Assembly: GCA_035221665.1 (NCBI GenBank)
Contig: CM069158.1
Location: forward strand, 25,234,001-25,298,000
Direction: 5' to 3'
From: Okamejei kenojei
Lineage: Eukaryota
Length of the DNA stretch: 64,000 nt
Shown here: positions 53,362 to 64,000 of the stretch, piece after piece
How positions within the stretch are numbered: position 1 is the stretch's first letter
How the letters are laid out: every line of letters begins with the position of its first letter
Program-made: the position numbers and the translations under genes
The notes under the pieces: generated by a model
What the model was told of the DNA's origin: nothing
The model's input: only the letters and a program-made list of their open reading frames with translations
Database searches by the model: none

Positions 53362-54175
53362 TTAAACAGGTTGGGGGAGTGGGCAGATGTATGGCAGATG
53401 AAGTTTAATGTGGATAAATGTGAGGTTATCCACTTTGGTAGCAAAAACAGGAAGGCAGATATCTGAATGGCGTCAAGTTAGGAAAAGGGGAAGTACAACG
53501 GGATCTGGGGGTCCTTGTACTCAGTCTATGAAAGTAAGCATGCTGGTTCAGCAGGCAGTGAAGAAAGCGAATGGCATGTTGGCCTTTATAACAAGAGGAA
53601 TCGAATATAGGAGCAAAGAGGTCCTTCTGCAGTTGTATAGAGCCCTAGTGAGACCACACCTGGAGTATTGTGTGCAGTTTTGGTCTCCTAATTTGAGGAA
53701 GGACATTCTTGCTATTGAGAGAGTGCAGCGTAGGTTTACAAGGTTAATTCCCGGGATGGCGGGGCTGTCATTTGCTGAGAGAATGGAGCAGCTGGGCTTG
53801 TACACTCTGGAGCTTAGAAGGATGAGAGGGTATCTCATTGAAACATATAAGATTGTTAAGGACTTGGACACGCTAGAGGCAGGAAACATATTGGGGGAGT
53901 CCAGAACCAGGGGCCACAGTTTAAGAATGAGTAAGCCATTTAGAACAGAGACAAGGAAACACTTTTTCTCACAGAGAGTGGTGAGTCTGTGGAATTCTCT
54001 GCCTCAGAGGGTGGTGGAGGCAGGTTCTCTGGATGCTTTCAAGAGCTAGATAGGGCTCTTAAAAATAGCGGAGTCAGGGGATATGGGGAGAAGGCAGGAA
54101 AGGGGTACTGATTGGGGATGATCAGCCATGATCACATTGAATGGCAGTGATGGCTCAAAGGGCCGAATGGCCTAG
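53362..54175 (+). mobile_element. Young CR1 LINE 3' fragment
   Basis: ORF 53408-54049 includes LYRALVRPHLEYCVQFWSP, ERVQRRFTRLIPG and FFSQRVVSLWNSLP. Confidence 0.92.
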
Positions 54176-54899
54176 TCATGCTGGGTAGGGTTTGAATGAT
54201 AACAACCAACTAATTTCTGGTGCACTTTAACAGGATGTCGCATGTAGCACTAGCTCCATATCAGGTCATCCAAAGAGATCATGAAATAATCCGCAAACAA
54301 ATGTGTAGCAACGTTAGCATAATTTCCACCAGACTAATGCATTAAATTTATCACAGCTGCTGCCACATATCTGCGCAGCAATCGCATTAACGGTCAACCC
54401 TTAAATTCAAACTTTGCACAGGAGGGATAGAGCAACATGTTATAGCTGCCACAGACGTGTGAAAGTACCAAGATTGTGTGAGGAAAGATGCAATGCTGAT
54501 GAACAAGATGCATGCCAGAGGCAAGAGCAAGACTACAAGAATGCCATCAGTTCTTATGGATATGTGCCCTATGCAACATTAACACTCTAATGCAGACACC
54601 AACACCTTACCTGAAGATCTCACCTCACCCATCCATGTTCTCCAGAGATGCTCCCCGTTCTTTGTAACCTAGACTCCCACTGATGAGATATAATCAATGA
54701 ATGTAAAAATTACTAGGGATTGAAGTGGACTGGTGGGACATTCACAGGATGAAGGTCTCAGTCTGAGACCAGAAGGCAAGTTCTCTAAAAAACATTCCAT
54801 CAGTGCTTAAACATTCAACTATGTTAACCGGCTCGAGTGAATTTTGGACCTATGTCAATGAAGTATCCTGTTATAAACAAAGTGACCATTTCAGCAGAA

Positions 54900-55985
54900 T
54901 AACATATACCACACGTGTCTCATCAGTACCCAGCAGCTCCGCCCTTGCTCCCCCACCCCCTAGTCCTTACCTTTTACCCTTTCAGCCATCGCAGACACAA
55001 TCGTACGACATTTTTGCCACCTCCAACGGGATCCCACCAATAGTCATATCTTCCCATCTCCACCGTTTTCCATCTTCCGCAGAGACCGTTCCCTCAGCAA
55101 CTCCCTGGTTAACGTCCCTTCTCACCCAAACCACCCCCTCCTCGGGTACCTTCCCCTGCAACCACAGGAGATGCAACACCTGTCCCTATGCCTCCTTCCT
55201 CGACTCTGTCCCCTCAACCTTCTAAATTCTACAATATACAAGCCCAGTCGCTCTATTCTATCAACAGATGACAGTCCCACCATCCCGGTATTAGGGCCAA
55301 TTTACCTACAAAGCTGTACGTCTTTGGGCTGTGGGTGGAAACTGGAGCATCTGGAGGAAAACCACAAGGTCACAGGAGAAATGTGCAAACTCTGCAGAGA
55401 CAGCACCCCGAGGTTAGGATTGAACTTGGGTCTCTCATGCCTAGAGGCAGCAGCTCTACCGGCTGCGCCACTGTGGTCCAAAGGTTAAAGCACAAAGGAA
55501 CTGGATCGAACATTGGCTTGGTGATCGGTTGCGAAAGACTAACTCCTCCTCTCATTCTCACACCAACCTTTCAGTCCTGGGCCTCATCCATTGCCAGCAC
55601 AAATTGGAGGAACAGCACCTCACATTTCACTTGGGCAGCTTACACCCCAGCGGTAGGAACATTGACTTCTCAAACATCAAGTAACCCTTGCTTTCTCTCT
55701 CTCCATCCCTCCCCAGTCCTCTGGCCAGTCTTACTGTCTCAGACTACTTTTTATCACGGTCTGCTTTGTTGTGACCTTCTCCCAGCTAACAATGATCTAT
55801 TCTACATTATCCTTGTTCTCCATTCCCTTTGTCCTGTTTCCACACCTTACACTTCCTTATCTATGCTTCTCCCTCTCCCCTGATATCAGTCTGAAGAAGG
55901 ATCTCGACCCAAAATGTCACCCATTCCTTCTCTCCAGAGGTGCTGCCTGCCCTGCTGAGTTACTCCAGCATTGTGTCTATCACCG
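54900..55985 (+). mobile_element. Penelope-like element fragments (RT C-terminus/linker, GIY-YIG end, tail), interrupted by a minus-strand V-SINE at ~55290-55475
   Basis: HLQRDPT..HIFP..FRRDRSL, GTFPCNHRRCNTCPY and KLEEQHLTFHLGSLHPSG; tail ctgaagaaggatctcgaccc. Confidence 0.75.
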
Positions 55986-57269
55986 GCTTGGTGATAGTTG
56001 GCAGTGAGTAGTTTTAGGTGCACATGTTTCTAACAGGAATTGTTTATTCAACCGGTAGAGTGTTTGTAGAAGGAAAATTGAGTTCTGTGATCTCTCTACA
56101 TCATCGTCCATATATCTTGTTTAGCTTTCCCCCGACTAGTCTGAAGGGTCTTGACCCGAAGCCACGCACTACTACAAGTGCTGAGAAGCTTGTGAATATT
56201 TTTCACCCATTCCTTCTCTCCGGAGATGCTGTTTGTCCCGCTAAGTTACTCAAGCTTGTGTCCATATTCAACACCAGTACAACCTCAATCTGCTTTCTAA
56301 CTGCACCTTTTACCACAATGAAAACAATTTATACAGCAGAAAAGCATCCTAGAATGTTTTGTTAAAATCTACTTTGTAAAAGGTAATACCAGTTAACATA
56401 TTAGTGTTTAACCCGCTGAGTTTCTCCAGCACTTTTGTCTACCTTCGTTAACATATTAGTATATCTTTAAGCCATGCGCCACTAAAGCAACTTGTCACTT
56501 TGTAATGTGTAAAAATAGTCACAAGCTACTCAGCACTTGGAGTGGTGCCAGAGCAAGTTCTGCATTGTTCAGCTGCAGAGGCGGAAGGGGGAATAAAAGT
56601 GAAACTCAAGCAATTTTGCCCAAAGTTAAAAGTTGAAGAGCAGGCAGGGAGAAGGGAAGTGTTTTAAGGGTTCATAATAGTTACAATATGCAAGCAAGAG
56701 CATTCATCCGATTTCACCTTGGAAACATGCCTTTATGATATTGGAACCATTTACTTTTCCACTAGTCAGCAAAAAAGCTTCAAGAAACTTTGCATCTTCA
56801 ATGTGACAGAGCAGGTGCATTTAAAGAGCAGAAACAAGGATGTACAGGTGCTAGGTGCTAACTCTGGGTCAGGCAGCATCTCTGGAGAACATAGATAGGT
56901 GACGAGGGGCAGGGCAAAGCATGGCAAGTTATAAGTGGATACAGGTGAGTGGAGCTTTTAATGAATAGGTGGTTAGACAAAGGCCAGAGATGAAAAGATA
57001 AGGGGAGACCAGATGAGAGTTGCAAATTGTGAAGCTGGAGGCAGGAATGTAGGTGATGGAAGATGGGGAAGGGGTGGAATTAGGTGTCCAGGTGAGTGTA
57101 GAGCTGTGGAAAGTTAAAGAAAGTGCAGGTGCCCTGGCTGAGATGCACAAATCATTAGACACTCATGTGCTGGAAGACTGGAGGGTGGAAGGTCTACTTA
57201 AACCCTGGGACCTACAGACCATAAGCCCCAACATCTGTGGTGAGCAATTTATTCAAGGGGACAAGATAT

Positions 57270-57720
57270 GCACATTTGCATAGATTGGCTGATTAGGGGT
57301 AATTAACTTGGTTTTGTATGTGGGAGATAGCGTCTTACAAATCTAAGAGGTTTTTTTTTAAATAACCAAAGGTTGATGAGGGCAAAGCCATAGATGTTCT
57401 CTACAGGGTATTTGATAAGGTTCTGCATGGCTGGTTGCTCTAGAAGGTTAGATCGCATGGGATCTAGGGAGAGCTAGCCAATTGGATGAAGGTTTCTAAG
57501 AAAGGAAGCAGAAGATAGGAGTTTGTTTTTTTCAGACTGGAGATTTGTGACCAGTGGCATGCCTTGGGGATCAGTGCTGGGCCCGTTGCTATTTGTGATT
57601 CACATTAACAATTTGGATGAGAACGTACAAGGCATGAATAGCACGTTTGCAGATGACAGTGGATGGTATCATAGTGAAATTATCAAAAATTATAGCAGGT
57701 TCTTGAACAGCTCGGCAAGT
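57270..57720 (+). mobile_element. CR1 LINE RT fragment
   Basis: FDKV, VTSGMPWGSVLGPLLF and FADD motifs. A further CR1 tail lies at 58040-58400. Confidence 0.85.
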
Positions 57721-59257
57721 ACTTTAACAGTAATAATAATCTCAACAATGATGAGAATTTCATCAAATTCATCTTATTATTCTTAGCTGCTTATAGCAGT
57801 TGTAGAAAGTGTCACATTAATTACAAAGTTAATATAAAATCTCCAACATCTAGTTTGACTTGAGATCCAGGAGCTGCCACAAGTGTAGAGGCACCTGAAG
57901 TGTATTCAACTATAATTTTAAAGTTAAAGACAATATTCTGTCTGCTCAAGTGAAACAATTCCAATTCCAAGTGTTGAACCGTGAGGCACAATACAAGAGA
58001 ACTTAATTGTAAATCTACATTCCCATACATGCGGGGAGACCTGAGATGTATATAAAATTATGAGAGGCATAGATAAGATAGTCAGAATCTTTCCTTCTCT
58101 TTCCCCCCCGCCCCCGATGGAAAATTCAAATACAAGAGATATTGCTTTAAGAAGAGAGGAGCAATGCTTAAAGGAGATGTGCAGGACAAGGACTTAAAGA
58201 CAGAGGGAGAGTGACTGCCTGTAACATGTAGTTGAAGCAGATACGTTAATGGTGTTTAAAAGACTTTTGGATAGGCACATGGACATGCAAGGAATAGAGG
58301 GAAATGGATTATGTGCGGGTAGGCAAATGGTCTCGGCATCATGACTGGCACAGACATTGTGGGCTGAAGGTCCTGTTCCGGTGCTGTACTGTTCTACGTC
58401 AACTGAACATCCACAATGAACTCTAGGACCAATTGTACACTAGTAGATTACATGTTTCAACCAACTTAATCTTTAAAATCAAATTACCCATGTAGTTACA
58501 ATTTTCATTCTCTTTAATGAAGATATGCATTAAACCATTTCACATTTCATATTTTTCACATTAATATGTTTATCACATTTACATGTCTGTACATAAAAAT
58601 CCACCAATATTATAAACATGACCTCTTAGCATTAAAATGATAGTTACCCTTTTACAAACAACAAATGTCATTGAACGTGACAGAATATCCCAATATATTA
58701 TGCTTATTGTAACCAGGTGATCTCTCCCACAGTGAAGCCACTTGATGTTTAGGATGTGGGGAAGTGGGGCGGAGTAAAATCAGTGGGAGTTTGATTCAGA
58801 ATGCTACATTTCTACTTGTTAGATCAGTGACACACCATGTCTAGTGCCTGGTTGCTCAGGTGAAAATATAGTATTGAGATGGCACCATAAATGAAAATAA
58901 AGGTACTCTGTTAACAGTGCATTAATATGTAAGCCTTAAAAACTGATAGTAGCCAAACTGAACACCTGTGCAAAGGTTAAAGGAATGCACATTAATTTTC
59001 TAAAGTGCTGAATTTACAGTTTAATTTAAGCAGCATCAACCAACTACCTAAATTATGTACTTTCGTATCTACAATAAATAAGTGATTAAAGTTATGGTCA
59101 ATTGAATTTACTTAAAACATCTTGAGTTGGCGGACTGAACTATTCAATTAAATGTTTGATGCATGATTTGTAAATAACCATGACACGTGCAAATTTTTTT
59201 TCAAAAACCTCGTCAGCAAATCTGCGCAAGTCTAAAGTCATCTTCCAAAAGCAATGT

Positions 59258-59410
59258 TCAGATTCTCTTGAGGAAGTCCAGCTCCAAGGTTTCAGGGATT
59301 GTAATCTCCTCCAGGTTGACTGGCGAGGGAATGATAGGAAAATTCACAGCAAACACGTGCTTCAATTCCATCAGTAAGTGCCGACTTGGACTTCTGCCTG
59401 CTAATCGATT
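59258..59410 (-). CDS. Myosin V-like terminal exon (NRLAGRSPSRHLLMELKHVFAVNFPIIPSPVNLEEITIPETLELDFLKRI*)
   Basis: ctgcag acceptor, 50 aa plus TGA. Aligns without gaps to the MYO5A C-terminus [39 protein letters not shown]. Confidence 0.92.
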   Translation of the reverse strand, partial: NRLAGRSPSRHLLMELKHVFAVNFPIIPSPVNLEEITIPETLELDFLKRI

Positions 59411-60337
59411 CTGCAGAAGACAAAACATCAAGCAAAACATTTTTTTTTTAAATTAGCCAATTTGTAACCAGAGTTGGTTCCAGACAAGTATTGAAAAACA
59501 GAAGTTCTGCAGGCATGAGATTGCAGATGCTGGAGCGATGAACAATTTGCGGGTGGAGCGGGTCAGGGAGCATCTGTGGGGGTGGAGGAATATGTTGTTG
59601 GCATTTCAGGTTAAAACCCTGCACCAGTCCCAGTGCAGGTTTTCAAACCGAAACATTGAGAACCTTGCTCCACTGCACCCCCACAGACGCTGCTCGACAT
59701 GTCAAATCCCTTCAGCAGATTGTTAAAGACATATTGGAATAAAAACTCCAATTGGATTATTTCCTGAGAACCACAATTGCTTAATAAGTGTGGGGGGGGG
59801 GGGGGGGGGGGGGAATGAATATACGTGCACGAAAGGATACGTTCTCCTGGAATAGTTTGGAGAGGAAATTAATTATGAAGTACATATTCACTGTAAAGAC
59901 AACTCTATTCAACTGCAAGTACTTCACAATTTTTTGACATTCTCCAAACATCTTACTTCATGGATATTACTCCATTCCATTCGAGTCAATAATTAAACAA
60001 AATTTAACAGAGATCACTACCAGCGCTTTAAAGATATACAGACCTGAAACAGATGCAAGTTATATTACTTGTTCCATAAAATACTAGTTACTTGGAATAA
60101 TTACAGGCAGATTAAAAACCCCAAAATGCTTCTTTTGAGAAGTCGGCATTAACTAGGATTTTATTTTCCCCATTTGCCACACATCTCCACCTTTAAAAAG
60201 CACCAAACAGGAGGGGGTTGAATCACAAGGCACAAGTGGAAATCAACCAAACTTCAACACTTGCCTCCAAAAAACAAGAGCTAGTTTTGTCTGCTTCATT
60301 CAAAGGGAAATGGAGTTAAATTAGATCATGAACCAAA

Positions 60338-60537
60338 CTAAAGAGGAGGCAGCAGTTGCTAGAATCTTGAGCTAAACACAAAGTGCTGGAGTGGGAAGCA
60401 CAGGTCAGGCAGCATCTGTGGATAGATGAATAGGTGACGTTTCAGGTCAGGACTCTACCTCAGACTCAGAATGATCAACTATCTATTTCCTCCATAGATG
60501 CTACTTGAATCATCGAGTTACTCCAACACTGTTTTAC
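60338..60537. mobile_element. Palindromic Penelope-derived element with 12-bp TSD
   Basis: Flanked by tcatgaac(c/t)aaa at 60326 and 60538. Confidence 0.65.
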
Positions 60538-60661
60538 TCATGAACTAAATTGTTTAGCCATCTAAACATTTCACTGACCCAAGTACGATTTCTAAATATT
60601 ACGTTGGAGAAAAAAAAACTAAGAAAAGGATTTCTCATTGAAAATTAGTCCATAAACTAAC

Positions 60662-60742
60662 CTGGATGTTCTTTATAAAAGATACAGTCACACGCTCCTC
60701 AAATTCATTAATAGGTGTATAGAGGGTCAAAATCTTCACAAT
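60662..60742 (-). CDS. Myosin V-like exon ([27 protein letters not shown])
   Basis: cacag|...|gttagt, 81 nt. Near-identical to MYO5A/B IVK.LNLYTP.NEFEERV. Not in the ORF track. Confidence 0.93.
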
Positions 60743-61689
60743 CTGTGACAAGCATACAAGTAAAAGAAATCAGGAAAAATATATTAAAGTAAATACACAA
60801 AGAATACATCGCACATTTGGAAACATTGCAAATTCTGATTCTAACAGCTCATTCCACCAGATGGCTTTCAGAGTTAGGCACATGTTCGAGACGTTACTTC
60901 ACCACATCTAAGGAAATATTTGCTTTGACGCAACTAGTCCTGCAAGTGGTGTGGCAGAGCTGGATGATTCATACCCACTCGTTCAAAGAAGGGTTTCAAG
61001 TTAACAGGGGACTGATGAGTAAATGAGTGCCCTTCACTACTAAAAACAGATGTAGAACATAGACACATCCACAAAAACCAAAAATATTTAAGAGTTGAAT
61101 CTAATTTCTGACATATGCATCTTCTCTTAGGCACACAAATAATGATGGAAATTTGACAAAATGCTGGAGTAACTTTCTGGAGAACATGAATAGGCAATGT
61201 TTCGGGTTGGGATCGTGCTTCAGTTAGATTCTGAAGGCTAAGACGACTCCCAACCAAAACATTGCCTGTTTATTCCCTCCACAGATGCTGCCTGGCCCTC
61301 TGTATTCCTCCAGCACTGTGTTTCACACATACAAGAATGTTAAAGTTTACTTTGCTAAAAAGTTGAAAGTGTGAAGCTTTCAAATTAGCTCTGAAGGAAT
61401 GACATTAACCAGTCATAGAATCACACAGCACAGCAACAGGCCCTTTGGTCCATGCGGACTTCTAATTGTGCGCAATGGCCCATCTAAACATGAAAACAAA
61501 TACTCTGACTGTACAAGCATTGGACAAAAATGGCCCCACATTCTAACTGGTTCAACTCCAACCATTATTGCAGGTCTCACGATTCATGGTAAAGGAAGCT
61601 ATTTCTTCATCATTCCTAAGCAATGAGGCAAGAATAACCCATTGGGGAAACCAAAGCTGGGCCAGGGAGAGTAGCAGATGCCCAGAGAG

Positions 61690-62000
61690 TGCTGCCAGGA
61701 ATGGTGGAGGTAGATAACATAGTGGCATTTAAGAGGCTTTTGCGTTGGCACATGGATATGCCACAGAAGGTAGTTGAGGCCAGTTCATTGGCTATTTTTA
61801 AGAGGGAGTTAGATATGGCCCTTGTGGCTAAAGGGATCGGGGGTATGGAGAGAAGGTAGGTACAGGATACCGAGTTGGATGATCAGCCATGATCATATTG
61901 GATGGCGGTGCAGGCTCGAAGGGCCGAATGGCCTACTCCTGCAGCTATTTTCTGGTGATATTGTGGGCTGAAGGCCTATTTCTCTGCCATACTGTTCTAT
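61690..62000 (+). mobile_element. Nested CR1 3' tails
   Basis: 'gatcagccatgatcatatt..ggctcgaagggccgaatggcctactcctgc'. Confidence 0.8.
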
Positions 62001-62088
62001 GTTGCAAGATAAATGGTTTATATTTAACTCTAAATATCTTTATATTAAATATAAACTCTACGGTTTATATTTAAAGGCTTCATTATAA

Positions 62089-62667
62089 CCTCATGTTAAT
62101 GGTCCAAGCCTCCTTCCCCCCCCGGGAATTATTCTCAAGGGTTTATCTCTATTCTCGAGGGTCCCCCAGCCCGGAGCCCCCGCCGATCACTCCTTCCCCA
62201 CTGACGCATCCTCGGGCATCTCCACCGCCACCAACTTCCACAACCCCCCACATTCCACCCCTAATAATGCTGCCTCCGCTCACTGCTTGGACAACGCCGA
62301 CCACCCTCACGCCAGCACCTTGTATCAAAGCCCACTGTGCCCAGACCTGCTACAGGGCGACAAAGATGTGAACACTGGCATCTTCCAGGACAAGATCGAG
62401 GAGGTATCTATCGACTTGGTCTTTGATCCCTTGACCCAGTTACAGTATCACACTCATCAGGATGACAGGATAGAAATATGTGAAGAATTCCTGCAGGGAA
62501 CTTGTGCGTATGGAAATGACTGTCCAAGACACCACACTGTGCCGCATTATCAGTGGCAGCTGAGAAACATTACAACTCGGGCCTGGCAAGCCGTGCCAGA
62601 TAAGGCACAGGAACATTTGGAAAAACTATTGCAATCCAGACAACGACCAAATCAAGCTCCAATATCA
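62089..62667 (+). pseudogene. TIPARP (PARP7)-like exon fragment with CCCH zinc finger; no ATG, frameshift near 62629
   Basis: GIFQDKIEEVSIDLVF..LQYHTHQDDRIEICEEFLQGTCAYGNDCPRHHT..YQWQ..QEHLEKL/CNPDND matches recalled TIPARP FQDKSEEASLDLVF..LQYHTHQENGIEICMDFLQGTCIYGRDCLKHHT..QEHLERFYCNPEND. GTAAGT donor at 62668. Confidence 0.8.
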
Positions 62668-62814
62668 GTAAGTAACAGGCAGGATTGGTCCCAATTTTAG
62701 TTTTTAAATTTTGGCATGTTTTCTTCATGCTTCTGTGCTACCTTAAGCTGCCTGCCTTCAAATAAAAGTTCGTCTAGTTGAGTTTGATCATAACGCTGGA
62801 AAGAGTGCAGAGAA

Positions 62815-63150
62815 TATTTATGAGGATGTTGCCAGGACTTTAGCCGGAAGGTGATGAACCTGTGGAATTCATTGCCACAGAAGGCTGTGTATGCAAAATG
62901 CTTGAGAAACTCATCGGGTGCAGCAGCATCTATGGAGCGAAGGAGATGGGCAACGTTTCGGGCCAAAACCCTTCTTCAGACCATGTGGGGTGGGTCATTT
63001 GGTGTTTTTGGCTCTTAAAGATAGCGGAGTCAAGGGATATGGGGAGAAGGCAGGAACGGGGTACAGATTGGGGATGATCAGCCATGATCACATTGAATGG
63101 CGGTGCTGGCTGGAAGGGCTGAATGACCTACTCTTGCACCCATTGTCTAT
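62815..63150 (+). mobile_element. CR1 3' fragments interrupted by a minus-strand Penelope tail (62890-62982)
   Basis: 'gaaagagtgcagaga..tgaggatgttgccaggact' and CR1 tail on either side of the insert. Confidence 0.75.
62952..62979 (-). ncRNA. Minimal type I hammerhead ribozyme motif (Penelope-associated)
   Basis: Minus strand reads ggu-CUGAAGA-A-GGGU(UUUG)GCCC-GAAAC-GUU-gcc: intact core, stem II and a 3-bp helix I. Confidence 0.6.
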
Positions 63151-63304
63151 TCAACAGTTGCAATATCAGAATCATTGAAATCTAAACCTAATGTTCTCAC
63201 ATGTAACCAGTCACTATTTTAAAAGAGATTCCAGTTCGACACATTTTTCAAACTTATACAAGATGAATCAAAATTTGGGGTCTATGTAACGAGTCAAAGT
63301 TTAC

Positions 63305-63479
63305 CTGTGGCTGAGAGAGTGCTGTGCACATTGAGCAGATAGCCTCAGCATCTGCATCAGTCACCTTGTTCAATTGCAAGAGCAGTGTTGCTTGTATCAG
63401 TGGTTCCAGTAACTCCGCTGCACCACTCTGGTGCAAACTCTTGCCTCTTAACCATTCAATTAGTTGGCTGAGATTGTTC
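63305..63479 (-). CDS. Myosin V-like DIL-domain exon ([58 protein letters not shown])
   Basis: ttcag|...|gtaaac, 175 nt. Aligns to MYO5B [20 protein letters not shown]...EPLIQAAQLLQ...DAEAICS. Confidence 0.93.
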
Positions 63480-64000
63480 CTGAATCAGGGGGGAGAGAAT
63501 GATGAACAACTCTGAACATGGAGTCAAGAATGTGAACTCCAATAGTCTGCCAAGCTTTACAACAGAAACATGCAGTCAAATGCTGTAATGTTAACGTTAT
63601 ACACACACGAGACACCATAAACTACTCATCAATAGTTACTCCCTGCAATTAATTTTACGGTTTCATTTTAAACTATCGAGTTAACAGCAGCAGTCAAAAT
63701 TTAGATTTATACACATGGGTGTCATATAATATCTAACGAGGACGAGATTTAACCTATTTTCCAAAATAAATCAAGACACAGAGCAACGTCAGTAAAATAG
63801 AATGCTACACTGCTGAAGCCAGTGAACGTAAGATACACAAAAGAAAACAGGCAGGATTACTATTTATGTACTATAATCAACACAACAGCACTAATTTAGT
63901 TTTAAAATTATGTTTTTTCTAACTCAATACAACTAAAAGTCGACATATCTTGTTGGAACTGATCATGAACACCCCTAAAGGATATTCAAAGTTAATGGTG

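Noticed and set aside
53408-54049. Longest ORF (213 aa) as a host gene
   Set aside because: It is the CR1 reverse-transcriptase C-terminus.

Overview
Vertebrate genomic DNA, most likely from a cartilaginous fish such as a skate or ray, judged from its repeat families. On the + strand lies the 3' half of a Munc13 gene with UNC13A-diagnostic residues: about 22 exons from 2112 to a stop at 48519, covering the MUN domain and C2C. These include a 6-nt microexon, a 30-nt exon and a 57-nt cassette exon. Converging on it from the - strand are the last three exons of a divergent class V myosin (globular tail/DIL domain, stop at 59258). This may be a MYO5 ohnolog absent from the mammalian UNC13A locus, and its Rab11-binding tyrosine is replaced by Asn. 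One myosin intron contains, antisense, a frameshifted TIPARP (PARP7)-like CCCH exon fragment that keeps its splice donor. Introns are rich in CR1, L1, Rex/Babar, Penelope-like and DIRS-like fragments and tRNA-derived V-SINEs. Many short Penelope-derived units carry minimal hammerhead-ribozyme cores, some as palindromes flanked by target-site duplications. About 12-21 kb, and patches before it, show homopolymer and indel noise typical of unpolished long-read consensus, so exon frameshifts there are probably artefacts. Homology calls rest on recalled protein and repeat sequences, not on database searches.
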